Part shown: one piece after another, positions 1 to 11,446 of the stretch | How the letters are laid out: every line of letters starts with the position of its first letter | Numbering within the stretch: position 1 is the stretch's first letter | Assembly: GCF_000281045.1 (NCBI RefSeq) | Contig: NW_008246072.1 | Span: forward strand, 823,232-887,231 | Source: Saprolegnia diclina VS20 | Taxonomy: Eukaryota | Length of the DNA stretch: 64,000 bases | Direction of reading: 5' to 3' | Made by a program: the position numbers and the translations under genes | Notes under the pieces: model-generated | What the model saw: the letters and a program-made list of their open reading frames with translations, nothing else | Told to the model about the DNA's origin: nothing | Databases searched by the model: none

Positions 1-382
1 GCGAGCAAAAGGCTGCGACGCTGGCATCGACGCGCAAGTAGATTCATATGTAGAGTTATAATCGACAATAGGTCATCTTGTGCACTCTCACGTGTGGTCG
101 GGAGCTATGACAGCAGGGCAAATAGTGCGGGCTAAAGCCGGCATCCCTCTCGAGGATCGTCCGTCTAGTCTCTCCAGGAGAGGGTCGAGCAGTAAGCCGG
201 TGGCTTCTCGATGCATCCATCGAGGTTCTTGGTACATGCGTCGAGAAAGAACGCACAGTACGAGACGCGTGTCATGCCAGCTTTGTGGATCGCGCGGGTC
301 GCCTGGTACAACCTGATTTCCCGCCAAAATGCAAAGTCGTATCCGGCGTTTGGATCATCCGGTTACGCGTGGAAAGTGCAAG

Positions 383-3245
383 ATGGCGGCAACCGACGAC
401 GTCAACACGCTGGTGCGCCAGCTGCAGCGCCTGCCGGCGGTGCAAGGGTCGCTGGTGCGTGGCCTCGATGGACACGTGCACATTGACGGCGTCGCGTCAC
501 CCATCGACCTCGCGCGGGATACGATGGCGATCCTCGCGGCGCATCCGTCCGGCCACGTGCCCGCGTCCAGCGTGCACTTTCTCAACGATGTGCCGCTGGA
601 CGCCCGGAACGTAGCCGTCATTCGCGATGCCATCGAGGTAGCAATGACGCCAGAAGGGTCATATTCCCTAACGCTCTCGCACGTCGTTCTTCATCATGGC
701 GGCGACGTGGCGCGCCTCCCATCGACTGCCCGATCGTTCGGTACGTTGGTGGTCTTCTACGCGTCGACGGCGGTTGGCGGTGACATAACGGCGTCGCTGG
801 ACGGCGCAAAAGAGCACTGTTCGTCGTCAGACATGACCTTTTTGGCGTTCAACAACGCCTGCGACGTCACTGTGGCACCGATCATGAACGGTGCCCGCGC
901 GATGCTCGTCTTTGACCTCGTCTACCGCGATGCCAACTACGAGGCGCCGAGTGTTGCCTCCGTGCTGACGGCGCTGCAAGTCGCGGCAACGAAAAAACGG
1001 CAAAAAACCACGCTACGCGCCCAGGTGCTGCTGCGGCAAGACGACCAGCTTGACATGGAGACTTTGGCGGCCTCGGACAAGCTGTTTGTGCAGCGCCTCG
1101 TGGATACTGACTGCTGGGACATTGCAGTCGTCCTCGCAGAGCCGCGACAGTGGGCTCCTGCAAACCAGCGCATCGAGAGCGAGGCGGTCGAGGTACGACG
1201 CGTCATGGTGGGACCAGTCCCAATCAGGCTCTCGCATGACGTAGGACAACATGTATCTTCTTCGAGCTCCTGACGACGAGCAAGACGGCAACGAGGAAGC
1301 TCGTGACGACAACGAGGAAGACGATGAAGAAGATGACGAAGATGAGGAAGACGATGAAGAAGATGACGAAGATGAGGAAGACGATGAAGAAGATGATGAA
1401 GATGAGGACGGCTACTACGAAGATGACCAGCCGATGTATTTCATTACTGCGTATGTCATGCATCCATCGAATGCTCTGCCGCCCGTCTTCGCGCATGCGC
1501 TCGACACCAAGCCGCTTCTGACGTATGTACAAGACGTCTACCTGCCGACGACGAGAAAAGGCTGTCTCGTCTTTTGGCCAAAGCAGCATCGGCTTCGGCT
1601 GCTCGGTTTCCGCGCCTCGCTGCGGCAGCTGGATGCGCTCGTGACGGGCGCGTCCACCGATCTCTACGGCTATGCATCGATGTTGGCGTTTGCTTACGCG
1701 GTGCTCGGCATGGTCGGCTCGGATGTTTCTCGTCTTTCGGAGAACACTGATGTCCCTGACGTCACGCGTCTCGGGCGCGTGCTCGTGGCGCTTGGCGACG
1801 TTCCGTTGCTGCGAGCGTTCGTCGCAGCGATCAATCTGCGCGAGGTTGACGCGCAGTTGCAAGCGCTGCTCGTGACGATGCTACGTCATTTCGGATGGCC
1901 GATTTTTGATGCGTCGATTCAGACGCTCTTGCAGCGTCCACATTTGGATCTGCTGGACGTGCAGCGTGGTGCCGGCCTCGTGGCTGCGTGCCTTCCACTG
2001 AAGCAGCCGTATATGCGCGAGTTCCTCGTAGCGGCCTACAACGCGCTGCTCCAGCAAGTGAGCACTATTGCCATGTCGACCTCGTCTGCGATCGAGCTGC
2101 TGCGAGACATGTTGCTCATTGAAGCGCATTTGAACCAGACGCGGGACGACGACCGTGAAAGCATGTACCTCGGCACACGGCTGCCCCTGGGCGTGGTCCA
2201 CCACATCTCGTCGTTCCTCTGCCCCGGTGCGCTGGCCGATATGGTCTGCCTCCCGCCATGGGTGTTTGACCCGATCCACATCATCGCACCTGCCATCCGT
2301 GCGCTCCGGAACGCGTCGCTGCCGCTCCAGCCGTATCTCGCCGTCATCGACGGCGCTGTCAAGCGTGCGCTGCAGATTCCAGCCCGACATGATGACTTGA
2401 GTCATGGCTGGGCGGCCGTGCTGGTGCTGCATCTGGAGACCGTCAACGCCGTTGACGACGAGCTTCTCACTCGATTCTTTGCCACGTGCGATCGCGCGAT
2501 CGGCATTGAAACGATCTACGACCTTGCGACACAGTCTCTTGACGCGGTGCCGCTGAACGTTCGGACCTTTTTGGCTCAGTACCTCGTGCAAGCGGCCACG
2601 ACGCTCGTCACAGACAACGACGAGGACGAGGACGGTGGCATGGTGGCGTCGGTCGCCAAGGCATGGGCTGCGCTGGAAGCGTTTGACCTCGACGATGTCG
2701 GTCCGCCGATCGTTGCCGCGGTGCATCAGCGCTGGTCAGCGCTCGCAACCAACGCTGAGAAGATGGCTCTGGCGTCTCGCATTATGCAAACGTGGTACCC
2801 CGTCGTGGCGACGTCGCTCCTCCTGCGCCCACTGCTGGTGGCGATACTGCCCGTGCTCGAGGGGTACGTGGCAACCCACGAGCGCCCGACGATTCCGACG
2901 CAAGCGTGGGCTCTGCCGCGTGTCTACTTTGCGTGCGACTGCGAGCAATGCACGGCAGCACAGAGCTTCGTCGCCGATGCGACTCGCGGCGTCTTCTCGA
3001 TGTCCAGTGGGCATTTCTGCATGCATTTTCTCGCGCGCATTCTGCACAACCGCCCGTTTCCCGACCTCACGGTGTGCGAGGACAACGAAGACGTCTTTGA
3101 GCTCTGCAAAGCTGGTGCGGAGGAGCTTCGCCGCTACGATCGGCTGTGTAGCTACGTCGATAGCATCCGTACTGCGCTACACGACGACGCTGGGCAGGAG
3201 CCTGTGACCAAGCGCCGTCGCCTTGACGATGCGGGCGCTACGTAG
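383..3245 (+). CDS. Large protein with N-terminal degenerate 2OG-Fe(II) oxygenase-like domain, acidic D/E tract and C-terminal CxCxxC motif; 2 exons
   Basis: ORFs 329..1273 and 1251..3245 join in frame through a 37-nt GT-AG intron 1208-1244 (...RRVM|DNMYLL...). FGTLVV...GGDI...FLAF...V.PI..G.R.MLVFDL resembles the fungal/oomycete 2OG-Fe(II) oxygenase superfamily pattern. Confidence 0.7.
1314..1408 (+). repeat. Coding 30-bp tandem repeat (~3 copies) encoding EEDDEEDDED
   Basis: gaggaagacgatgaagaagatgacgaagat repeated three times with about one mismatch. Confidence 0.9.
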
Positions 3246-3568
3246 AAGATCTTGTCGTATCGAAGGCTCATTGTCGTGGCTCTCGCGCGGATGCAAGCCT
3301 AAAGTACAAACAAAATGTCTTCTTTTCTGCACATAATGTGTGCTCACGGCTAGGACTGAGATAGAGATCGCCAACAGAGACGCGTGAAGCTAGTAGGAAG
3401 AATCCACACCCTGGATCCCTGGAGGACAGGAGTCGTTGGCATCACACCCTTCTACCGGTAATTCTCTGCGGGTACACGTTCATTGAAGACTATTGGCTAC
3501 TAGTATGCACGAAGAACTCGGCTTCGCCAGGCCGATCTCGCCACGCCCCACGGCGTTGATGAGTTCAG

Positions 3569-4301
3569 GAACCCACAACGACGTTGCCAAGCAGATCCCC
3601 AGACGAAGATTCCTGTTCGAGCCAAAGAGTTCACCGACGCGTGTTGCAGACGTGCGCGGTGACAATGGCCTAAGGTTAAGTTCACACGATAACTGATGCA
3701 GATCACCAAAGAAGAAGCATCTCGTTCGAACCAAAGACTTCGCCAGAGCCCCATGCTGCATTTACTTGTCTATAGCACAACGATTCCCCAAGTTTATTCC
3801 AGCAGATTTGCTCATCACGCTTTGGACGTCAGATCGACGTTAGGTATCAGGTATCAGATGGCGTCGTTGACGGCAGACTGCCAGGCACACGAGCCGAGTT
3901 GCCCAGAGTCGCCTTGCTCTTGCCAGCAATTTGTACACTCAAGTAGAGAAGCATCAATATCCTCTACGCAGCTCCAAAGCTCGATCCATCGAGTGCTGAT
4001 GACTGCAGATCCGCCAGCCCCGTCATGACACGAGAAGACATATGTGTTTACCATTGTCCAATCATTATACGTCCTCGTGATCACATCCACCAATCATATG
4101 GCTCAAAGCTACTCGCGTGGCTCAGGACGGCCTCTACGAGGCGCTGGCGAAGTCTTTGGTTCGAACGAGATGCTTCTTCTTTGGTGATCTGCTTGCGCTA
4201 TACGTGCACAAAACCTGAGGTCACTGCACCGCGCACATCTGCCACTCGCGTCCCAGATTCTTCCTCTCGGGGGATCTGCTTGGCGTTGCCGTCGTAGGTT
4301 C
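3569..4301. repeat. Long inverted repeat / foldback: arms ~3569-3746 and ~4144-4301, spacer ~400 bp
   Basis: 3698-3746 is the exact reverse complement of 4144-4192 (49 bp). The outer parts align imperfectly (gccaagcagatcccc; gcagaYgtgcgcggtg; cctMaggtt). Confidence 0.9.
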
Positions 4302-4374
4302 TACGACCCTTTGCTGGCTTGCACCACAATGCTCAGTTTCAAATATCTTCAATCAACACCAAGACACCACCACC

Positions 4375-5448
4375 ATGCCCAACCTCTTTTCGCCCATCCA
4401 GATTGGCCGCTTCACGCTGCCCAACCGCATCTTTATGGCGCCGCTCACGCGGTGCCGGTCGTCGCCGGGCGACCACATCCCGTCCGAACTCATGATCCAG
4501 CACTACGCAGACCGGGCGTCGGCGGGCCTGACCATCACCGAGTGCTCGATGATCGCGCCCAAGACGTCGGCCTTCTTTGCCGAGCCCGGTGTCTACTCGC
4601 CCGAGCAGTTGGCGGTGTGGAAGAAGATCACGGACGCGGTCCATGCCAAGGGCGGCAAGATCTTTTGCCAGATCTGGCACGCTGGCCGCGGTGCGCACCC
4701 AGAGCACAACGACGGCGCCGAGCCCGTGGGTCCATCTGCGATTGCAATCGACGGCTTCACGTACACGCCCAGCGGCCGCGTCCCGTTCGTCGTACCGCGC
4801 GAGCTCACGCTCAACGAAATCGCTGCGATCGTACAGCAGTTTGCGACGGCGGCGCGCAACTGCGTCGAAATCGCTGGCTTTGACGGCGTCGAAGTCCACG
4901 CCGCGAACGGGTTTCTCGTCGACCAGTTCCTCAAGGCGAGCTCCAACACGCGCACGGACGCGTACGGCGGGTCGCCCGAGAACCGGACGCGGTTCCTGCG
5001 CGAGGTCGTCTCTGCTGTCGTCGACGCCATCGGTGGCGACCGCGTCGGCGTTCGTTTCTCGCCGCTCAACACGGGGTTCATTGCGTCGAGCGAGACGGAC
5101 CCCGAGGCGTTTGCAGCCTATGTCGCTTCGACCATCAACGCCTTTGACGTGGCCTACGTGCACGCGGTGCGCCGCGACAACGCCGGTCAGCTCACGGGCG
5201 ACATCGTGCCGATCTTTCGTCAGCACTACAAGGGCACGCTGGTCACGAACGCGCAGTATTCCCAGGACGAAGCGACCGAGGCCATTGAAAAGGGTGAGAC
5301 TGACGCGGTCGCGTTTGGGAAGGCGTGGCTCGCCAACGCCGACTTGGTCGCTCGCTTTGAGCGCCAAGCGCCGCTCAACACACCGGACCCGTCGACGTTC
5401 TACTCGGGCGGTGCCAAGGGCTACAACGACTACCCGCTCTTGGCGTGA
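4375..5448 (+). CDS. Old Yellow Enzyme family NADH:flavin oxidoreductase / alkene reductase, intronless
   Basis: 357 aa with NRIFMAPLTR, QIWHAGR, AGFDGVEVHAANG, N.RTD.YGGS.ENR.RF and TFY.GG..GY.DYP. Confidence 0.96.
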   Translation: MPNLFSPIQIGRFTLPNRIFMAPLTRCRSSPGDHIPSELMIQHYADRASAGLTITECSMIAPKTSAFFAEPGVYSPEQLAVWKKITDAVHAKGGKIFCQIWHAGRGAHPEHNDGAEPVGPSAIAIDGFTYTPSGRVPFVVPRELTLNEIAAIVQQFATAARNCVEIAGFDGVEVHAANGFLVDQFLKASSNTRTDAYGGSPENRTRFLREVVSAVVDAIGGDRVGVRFSPLNTGFIASSETDPEAFAAYVASTINAFDVAYVHAVRRDNAGQLTGDIVPIFRQHYKGTLVTNAQYSQDEATEAIEKGETDAVAFGKAWLANADLVARFERQAPLNTPDPSTFYSGGAKGYNDYPLLA

Positions 5449-5823
5449 TAACATTTGGTCATCCACTTGCTGTGCTACGTCTGTACTGGTGTTTGCGTCG
5501 AAAGCAGTGCTAGTGTTATGCAGGTTTGGGTTAAGACAAGTTGTACGAGTTACAATTTGTTGAAGAAAGCGAGATAGGATCCGAGTGGATCCTGTGGACA
5601 TGGGTTTGGGGTTTGCAGAGAAGGGAATGGCTGTGGTAGGGATGAACACGCTGGTGAAAGACGCTGGTTGAAGGTTGCTCGGGAGCATTTTGTTTTATTC
5701 ACTAGCATTGTGTTTTATACATGTTGGATTGGTTTTAAACACGCATGGATATCCGGTTAGATGCCAACGTATCCGAACCGGTTGGCATCGAGTCGATCGC
5801 CAGTAAATCGTCGAGCGCCGAAG

Positions 5824-6294
5824 ATGCAGCGATCCATGCCCCTCCTGCGACGCGCGCTGTCGACCGCGGCCAAGCCGGTCAAGCCTGGTGCGTAACCTGC
5901 TTCCTGCATGCGATAGAAGATGCTTCGTCTGCACGGACCATGCTGCTGCTGGAAGCGACGGCTCATGCGTCCTGTAGAGTACCCGACATCGTTCCTTGGC
6001 CACCTCACGTCGCAGAAGCTCAACGTCTTCAACATTGGTGTCACGGTCTTGACGCTGTCGCTCTCGATCCAGCTCGTGGCGATGAAGCAGGAGAAGGAGG
6101 CCGTCGAGGCTATGAACGCGGTCTTGGCCAAGCGCATGGCCAAGCTCGAGGCGCGCCTCGCCGACTTCAACGTCAAGGTGCTCACGGACGAAGAGGAGGC
6201 GGCCGAGAAGGAAGCCGAGGCCATGCGCAAGCTCGACCGCGAACTGGAAGAGAAGGCCAAGAACGCGCCCAAGACCAAGGGCGTCATGATCTAA
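5824..6294 (+). CDS. Small single-TM coiled-coil protein with putative mitochondrial presequence; 2 exons
   Basis: Exon 1 MQRSMPLLRRALSTAAKPVKP joins in frame through GT-AG intron 5888-5977 to EYPTSFLGHL... It then has a hydrophobic segment (VFNIGVTVLTLSLSIQLVAM) and a charged coiled coil. Confidence 0.7.
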
Positions 6295-6358
6295 AGCCTC
6301 GCATTATAACGACAAAGCCTTGCAGCGGCTTCCTCTTCCTTTATACACCTATGTCCCG

Positions 6359-7028
6359 CTACTTCTTGGTCGTGCCTGGGAGCGACCGCTTCGTCGAGTT
6401 CGAGTCGAGCTTGTTCATTTCGTTGACGGCCGTCAGGATCTCGTTGATGTTGGTTTCCAGCACCATGCCGCCCATGACGATCTCGTCCAAGACGTAATGC
6501 ACCTGCGTCCATGAGCCAATGCCATCGGATCAATGAGTACCTTGTCGCTGTGGAAGATCAGGTCGAGCTCGCACACGTTCTCAAAGCACTTGTCGAGCGT
6601 CTCGACAAAGACTACATTGGCTCCATGAGGCCATCGTTGGGGAGATGGACATACCTTGGATGAGGTCGAGGATGCCAAGGTCGCTCTCTTGCTTGTCGAC
6701 CGCAAACACAAAGTAGAGCGTCGCGTAGTGGCGGTAGATGAGCTTGATGCCATCGCCCCAGTAGCGCACGCTAGCCAAGCGCATGAGTCAATGGCGTCCA
6801 TAGACCATGTAGCATGCGCGTACCTGCCCTCGAGAAAGTTGCAGAGCGTGTCCGGGCGCTTGGACACTTGCGTATAGATATCGCGGATGACCGCCTGCTG
6901 CTCTGCGTCCGGCTACATGCGCATGAGGTCGACGTCGGCGAAGAGCGCATGTGACGTACGACGTGCTCGTAGAACTTGACGATACGCGCCTTCCCGTGGT
7001 TGTTGACGATCAGGATCCCCTTGATCAT
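6359..7028 (-). CDS. AP3S: AP-3 adaptor complex sigma subunit, multi-exon
   Basis: MIKGILIVNNHGKARIVKFY, KLIYRHYATLYFVF.VD..ES.LGILDLIQ, FVETLDKCFENVCELDLIFH and DEIVMGGMVLETN, spread across short introns. Confidence 0.95.
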
Positions 7029-7536
7029 GCTGGCCGCTTCGATATTGACGACGACGCAGGCCCTCAACCTTCCATGCGTCGATGCCATTGGTCAAAAAGC
7101 GTCGCTATTTTTTCGATGGATGGGATTTCAGCCAATCCGGGCGCGCCACTTGCGGCGCCCAAGAAAGGCCGAGCATCCGATGCGAAGCTCTCTCAGCTAG
7201 ATCGCTCAGCTCCGTCCCTCAGCACAGTGTTGAGCAATACCTCGTCACGGCTAACCAGCTAAACTGTTGCCCAGGTATCGCCCTTGCAAATTGCACGTAC
7301 TCTGGGAGGTTGAGAACTGGGCTACATATAGCTACTCTAGCTACATTGCGGGCGCTGGGCCGTCGACCAGCAAAAGCACCCAGGTCAGCATCGCAGCAGA
7401 GTGACATACCTTGATGTCAAGTAGAGCTAATACGTGGCCTGGTGCTTACAAAGACATGGGCGCTACGCTCGTTCGCATGTGCTAACTCGTAGTTCATCGT
7501 GCTGCCACCGATAGCAACATGCAATCATATACGTTC

Positions 7537-8146
7537 TTATTCCAGCAAGTAGATGCGGTTGGCAATGTCTGTGACCATCCAGTCGATGCCGTCGACGAGG
7601 CCATCGCCGGTGAACGCGCTGCACGACTGGATCTTCCAGTGGCGGTTCTCGAATTGCGCTTCGTGGAGCCCGAGCGCAACCACGATTTCGTCCGGGCTGA
7701 GCGCGCCGGGGAGGTCCTGCTTGTTGGCAAAGATGAGCAGCGTCGCGCCCGTGAGCTTTTCCTGCGTCAAGAGCGCTGCGAGCTCGCGCTTGCAGTCGTC
7801 CATGCGGCGGCGGTCGGCGCTGTCGACGACCCACACGAGGCCGTCCGTCTGCTCAAAGTAGTTGCGCCAGTACGACCGAATCGTCTGTTGACCGCCAACG
7901 TCCCAGACGTTGAGCTTGAACTGCTTGTACTCGAGCGTTTGGATGTCAAAGCCCAGCGTCGGGCTGATCGTCGTGATGTCTTGGCCCATAAACTTCTTGA
8001 TGATCGTCGTCTTGCCTGCATTGTCGAGGCCGCTAGACAAGAGGTAGCATGAGCCACCGCCACCTCGTCGTCGCCACGTACAGCACAAGGATCCGGACCT
8101 CCTTCTCCTTCTGCTTGACCTTCTTCAAGATCGTGAGCAGCCCCAT
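7537..8146 (-). CDS. ARL2: ADP-ribosylation factor-like GTPase 2; intron 8033-8081
   Basis: [57 protein letters not shown] and NKQD. Confidence 0.95.
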
Positions 8147-8440
8147 ACCGACGAAAGCAAAATTGCAAGCCAATTCGGCAGGACGGTCGCCAGTAGACTA
8201 TTCGAACGCAACTTTTCGATCACTCACACAGGAGACCTGTGTGTTTCTAGTGCAAACGCTTTGCAAGCACCTACCCACGGATGCAAATGCAGGTGTGTCG
8301 ATATGACCGCAGTGCGCTTGCGTCCGTCGCTCCGACGACTATCGCAGGAGAAGCGACCACATGGCTTAAATCACGTGCAAATAGACAGGCCTTCCTTACC
8401 GACGATTTTTTAACAAGAAATAAAACCCGGTTCACGGGGC

Positions 8441-9058
8441 ATGGAAGCGACAGCCGAAGGGACGTTCGAGGCGACGCCACAAGGCCGGCCGAGCTTCCGC
8501 GATGGGACCGAGGCCAAGGCCAAGGCGCCGAAGCGCGGGCTGCGCCATCGACTCACCTACCTCGACAAGCTCCGCATCATCGACCACTTCCGCGCGACGG
8601 GCAGCATGCCCGAGACGCTCCACCACTTCTTCCCGCGCCTCGTCGGGCGGGCGCTCGATACGAAGCGCAAGAACATCTACAAGTGGGCGAGCATCCGGGC
8701 CGACATTGAGAAGAAGGCCAAGCACCCGATTCATGGGTCGCAGACCAACTCGCGCCCGAAAGGCGTGGGTACGACGCTCTCGCCGGCGGCCGAGGACCAG
8801 ATCCTCGAATGGATCGTGCATTTGCGCAACAACGCCGTGCCCGTGACCGAAGACATGCTCCAAGCCAAGGCGCTCGAGGTCGCCAAGGCCTTTGGCTTCT
8901 CGGCGACGCAGTTCAAGGCCGATTGGCACTGGCGCAAGCGCTTCATCAAGCAGTACCACCTCATGCCCGAGTCGCCGCCCTCGTCGCCCGCCCCTAGCGA
9001 CAGTGACAACGACAACGAGACGCATCAGCATCAGCACGTTCGAACTGTACAGCTCTAA
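8441..9058 (+). CDS. Pogo/Tc5 transposase-derived (CENP-B-type) DNA-binding HTH protein with no DDE domain
   Basis: 205 aa. RLTYLDKLRII...IYKW is the first HTH. EDQILEWIVHLRNNAVPVTEDMLQAKA...FKADWHWRKRFIKQY matches the HTH_Tnp_Tc5 pattern. The ORF ends soon after. Confidence 0.8.
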   Translation: MEATAEGTFEATPQGRPSFRDGTEAKAKAPKRGLRHRLTYLDKLRIIDHFRATGSMPETLHHFFPRLVGRALDTKRKNIYKWASIRADIEKKAKHPIHGSQTNSRPKGVGTTLSPAAEDQILEWIVHLRNNAVPVTEDMLQAKALEVAKAFGFSATQFKADWHWRKRFIKQYHLMPESPPSSPAPSDSDNDNETHQHQHVRTVQL

Positions 9059-9111
9059 TAATGCGCTCTCAACGCTCTCGCTCCTTCATGGTCGATGTAC
9101 AGTAGTTATTA

Positions 9112-11126
9112 CTATTTCGCACTGCCATAGATGCGCCGAACGACGTTGCTGCGACTGTACGTTGTCGTTCTCGCTGTCTTGGCCTGCATTGCGGCCGCGT
9201 GGAAGGGGTCCTTGACCTTCTTCTGGACATCGAGGTGCAGGACGGGCGTCGCCTTCTTGGAGGCGACCATGTACGCGTCAAGGCGACGCTCTTGGCGAAA
9301 CTGCTGCACTTGGGCCAAGTGCTGGCGCTGGGCCATAATCTCCTGGAGCTCCTTCTCCCGCTGGAGCCGCGTCTCCCGCAAGAGCTTCTCCGAGGCCTAC
9401 AAACCCTCGGCAGTCGCGCGACGGACCATGAGAACGAACGTACGAGTCGGTGGGCATGTTCGAGGAGAGACCGGTCGTGGACCTCCCGCTCGCGCTGCTC
9501 CTTGGCCAACTCCATTTGATGGGCATAGCTACACATACGCAACATATCAGTATGACGGGATGCAAGATGGCAAAGATGTACAAGGTCTCGAGCGCGGCCT
9601 CCTTCTTCTTGTGGTCTTGTTGAATCGTATGGAGGGCGGCGGCCGTCGCCTCGTGCTCTTGACGCACGCGCTCGCGCTCCATCTCGAGGAGCGAGTCCAT
9701 GGTCTGCTTCAGGTGCTTCTCTTCCTACAGCACGTTGGCATCGGCGCATCGTGCTCGCAGAGGTCGTACGACACGCTTTTGGTCCAACCCGAGCGAAATG
9801 CGCTGGCGCCGAAGCTCGTGGTGGATCTTGATGGCGCGAATCTAGGATCTTATAGTATCAATGTATCAATATAGGTCAAAATGGCGTACGCGTTCGACTT
9901 GCTGCGTATGCTGTTGCTGCTGCAGCGCACGCCCGAGCCGGTCGTGCTCTTGCTTTTCCCGCTAGTGTGAAAAGAGAGTGGGAAAGCATGTTGAACGAGG
10001 TACGTACGTGGCGCAGGCTGTGCACGTGGTCGCTGAGAACAGCCTTGTACCGCGCTTGGTGCAGTCGCTCGGTCGCGCCAAGGAGGGGTTGCGGCTGCAG
10101 TCGTTTTGGAGGCAACGCAGACGCCGATGTCCGCAAAGACGACGCCATGGAGACCCCGCCGTACGACAGCATGTCCTCGAGCCGGAGCTTGGCAGGGAGG
10201 CTGGATCGATCGCCGCTTCGGTTCATGGCTGTGGCGACCGGCGCCGGTGGAGGACTCGCTTTTCGCAGATGTTCGGCTGCGTGCACGGGTAAAGGCAGAG
10301 GCAACGGCGTGTCACTCTCGTCCGGTTCGACGTGCTCGTTCTCGTCGCCGGGTCCTTCTGTCGCATTCGCATGCTCCTCCTCGTCTTCGTCGTCTGGATG
10401 AAAGCTAAAGATGGACGTATCGTCGAGCTCGCCCTTTTCGCTGCCCGTGAACGAGACGGAAGAGACGCTGCCAAAGGCTGCGCTGGGCGGTGAGCCGCGC
10501 CGCGTCTGACTCGGCTTTGGGTTGCGCGATGACGCTGACGATGATGCACTGGACGCAGATGCTACGGACGCGCGTCGACTGCTGCGTGTCGACGACGACG
10601 CGCTGGGCATGGGCACGTACCGGCCGTACGCTTGCGTGGTCAAGAGCCCCGTCTCGTCGTCCGGCGGTCGCTTGGCGCGCTTGCTCGCTGTCGGTTTCTT
10701 GGATCGCTTGATGTAGTAGGTCTCGTGGAGACTGCGGTCGCTCTCGCTGGACGCGTCGTCGTTGCGCTGGGAGCGGCGCAGCATTTGATACACGTGGGTG
10801 AGGACGCGGACAAGGTCCCGGATCGCGGCCAAGTCGCCAGTACACACTTTAACGCCGGTCACGTTGGCGAGGTCGTCCGAGAGCATGGCGGCGGCGAGCG
10901 CATCAACAACGCGTTGAGCGTTCTCGCTGTAGTCGGCGATTGTCTTGGGCTCACGAACGACGTTCTCAAGACGCAGCTCAAAGAGGCGCTCGTACAGCGC
11001 GACGCTCATTGAGGAGACGCTGGCCACGAGCTCAGGCACGGTCTTGAAGGTCCGGTCGCCAAAGCCTGTGAGCCGCAAGAGCGCGTTCGTCTCTTCAATG
11101 AGGCGTGCTTCGTCTCGGTCCATCAT
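9112..11126 (-). CDS. Centrosomal protein CEP95-like (N-terminal DUF5745-like domain, low-complexity middle, C-terminal coiled coil), multi-exon
   Basis: LYERLF...ENAQRVVDALA...DLANVTGVKVCTGDLAAIRDLVRVL resembles the CEP95 N-terminus. Downstream coiled-coil exons lie at 9112-9730. Confidence 0.6.
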
Positions 11127-11446
11127 CTTGCCGTTAGTAGCCAACGTGGTGGCCGAAATATCGAAGGTGCAACCGCCCGACCGTTCGATTTTTTCGAGAT
11201 TGGATTTTTACCAATCCACGACGTGGCATCCATTTGGTGGGTTCCAATTGGCTAGTGAAATCTCAATTCAGCCAATGGCCTGCCACGGCTGCACGATCGC
11301 AACACGGTTTGTCGATGCCACGACCATCAGACAGCGAAACCTACTCTACCTTGCGCTAGCCCATGGGCAGACCGAGCGAAGCGACCTTCTCTGCGTGGCG
11401 TCCTCATCACCGCTAGGTAGATGAAACATGTATGTATTCCCGAGGC

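Noticed and set aside
1208..1273. Apparent frameshift between ORFs 329..1273 and 1251..3245
   Set aside because: Resolved by a canonical 37-nt intron; neither a pseudogene nor programmed frameshifting.
1314..1408. 30-bp periodic repeat as a possible CRISPR array
   Set aside because: No spacers; it is an in-frame coding repeat for an acidic tract in a eukaryotic gene.
4339..5688. 449-aa minus-strand ORF over the OYE gene
   Set aside because: Mostly an antisense shadow. The ~80 extra codons beyond the OYE stop show no family motif.
9098..9104. Second TACAGTA near the pogo-HTH gene
   Set aside because: A 7-mer can occur by chance, and there is no paralog to show it is an insertion.
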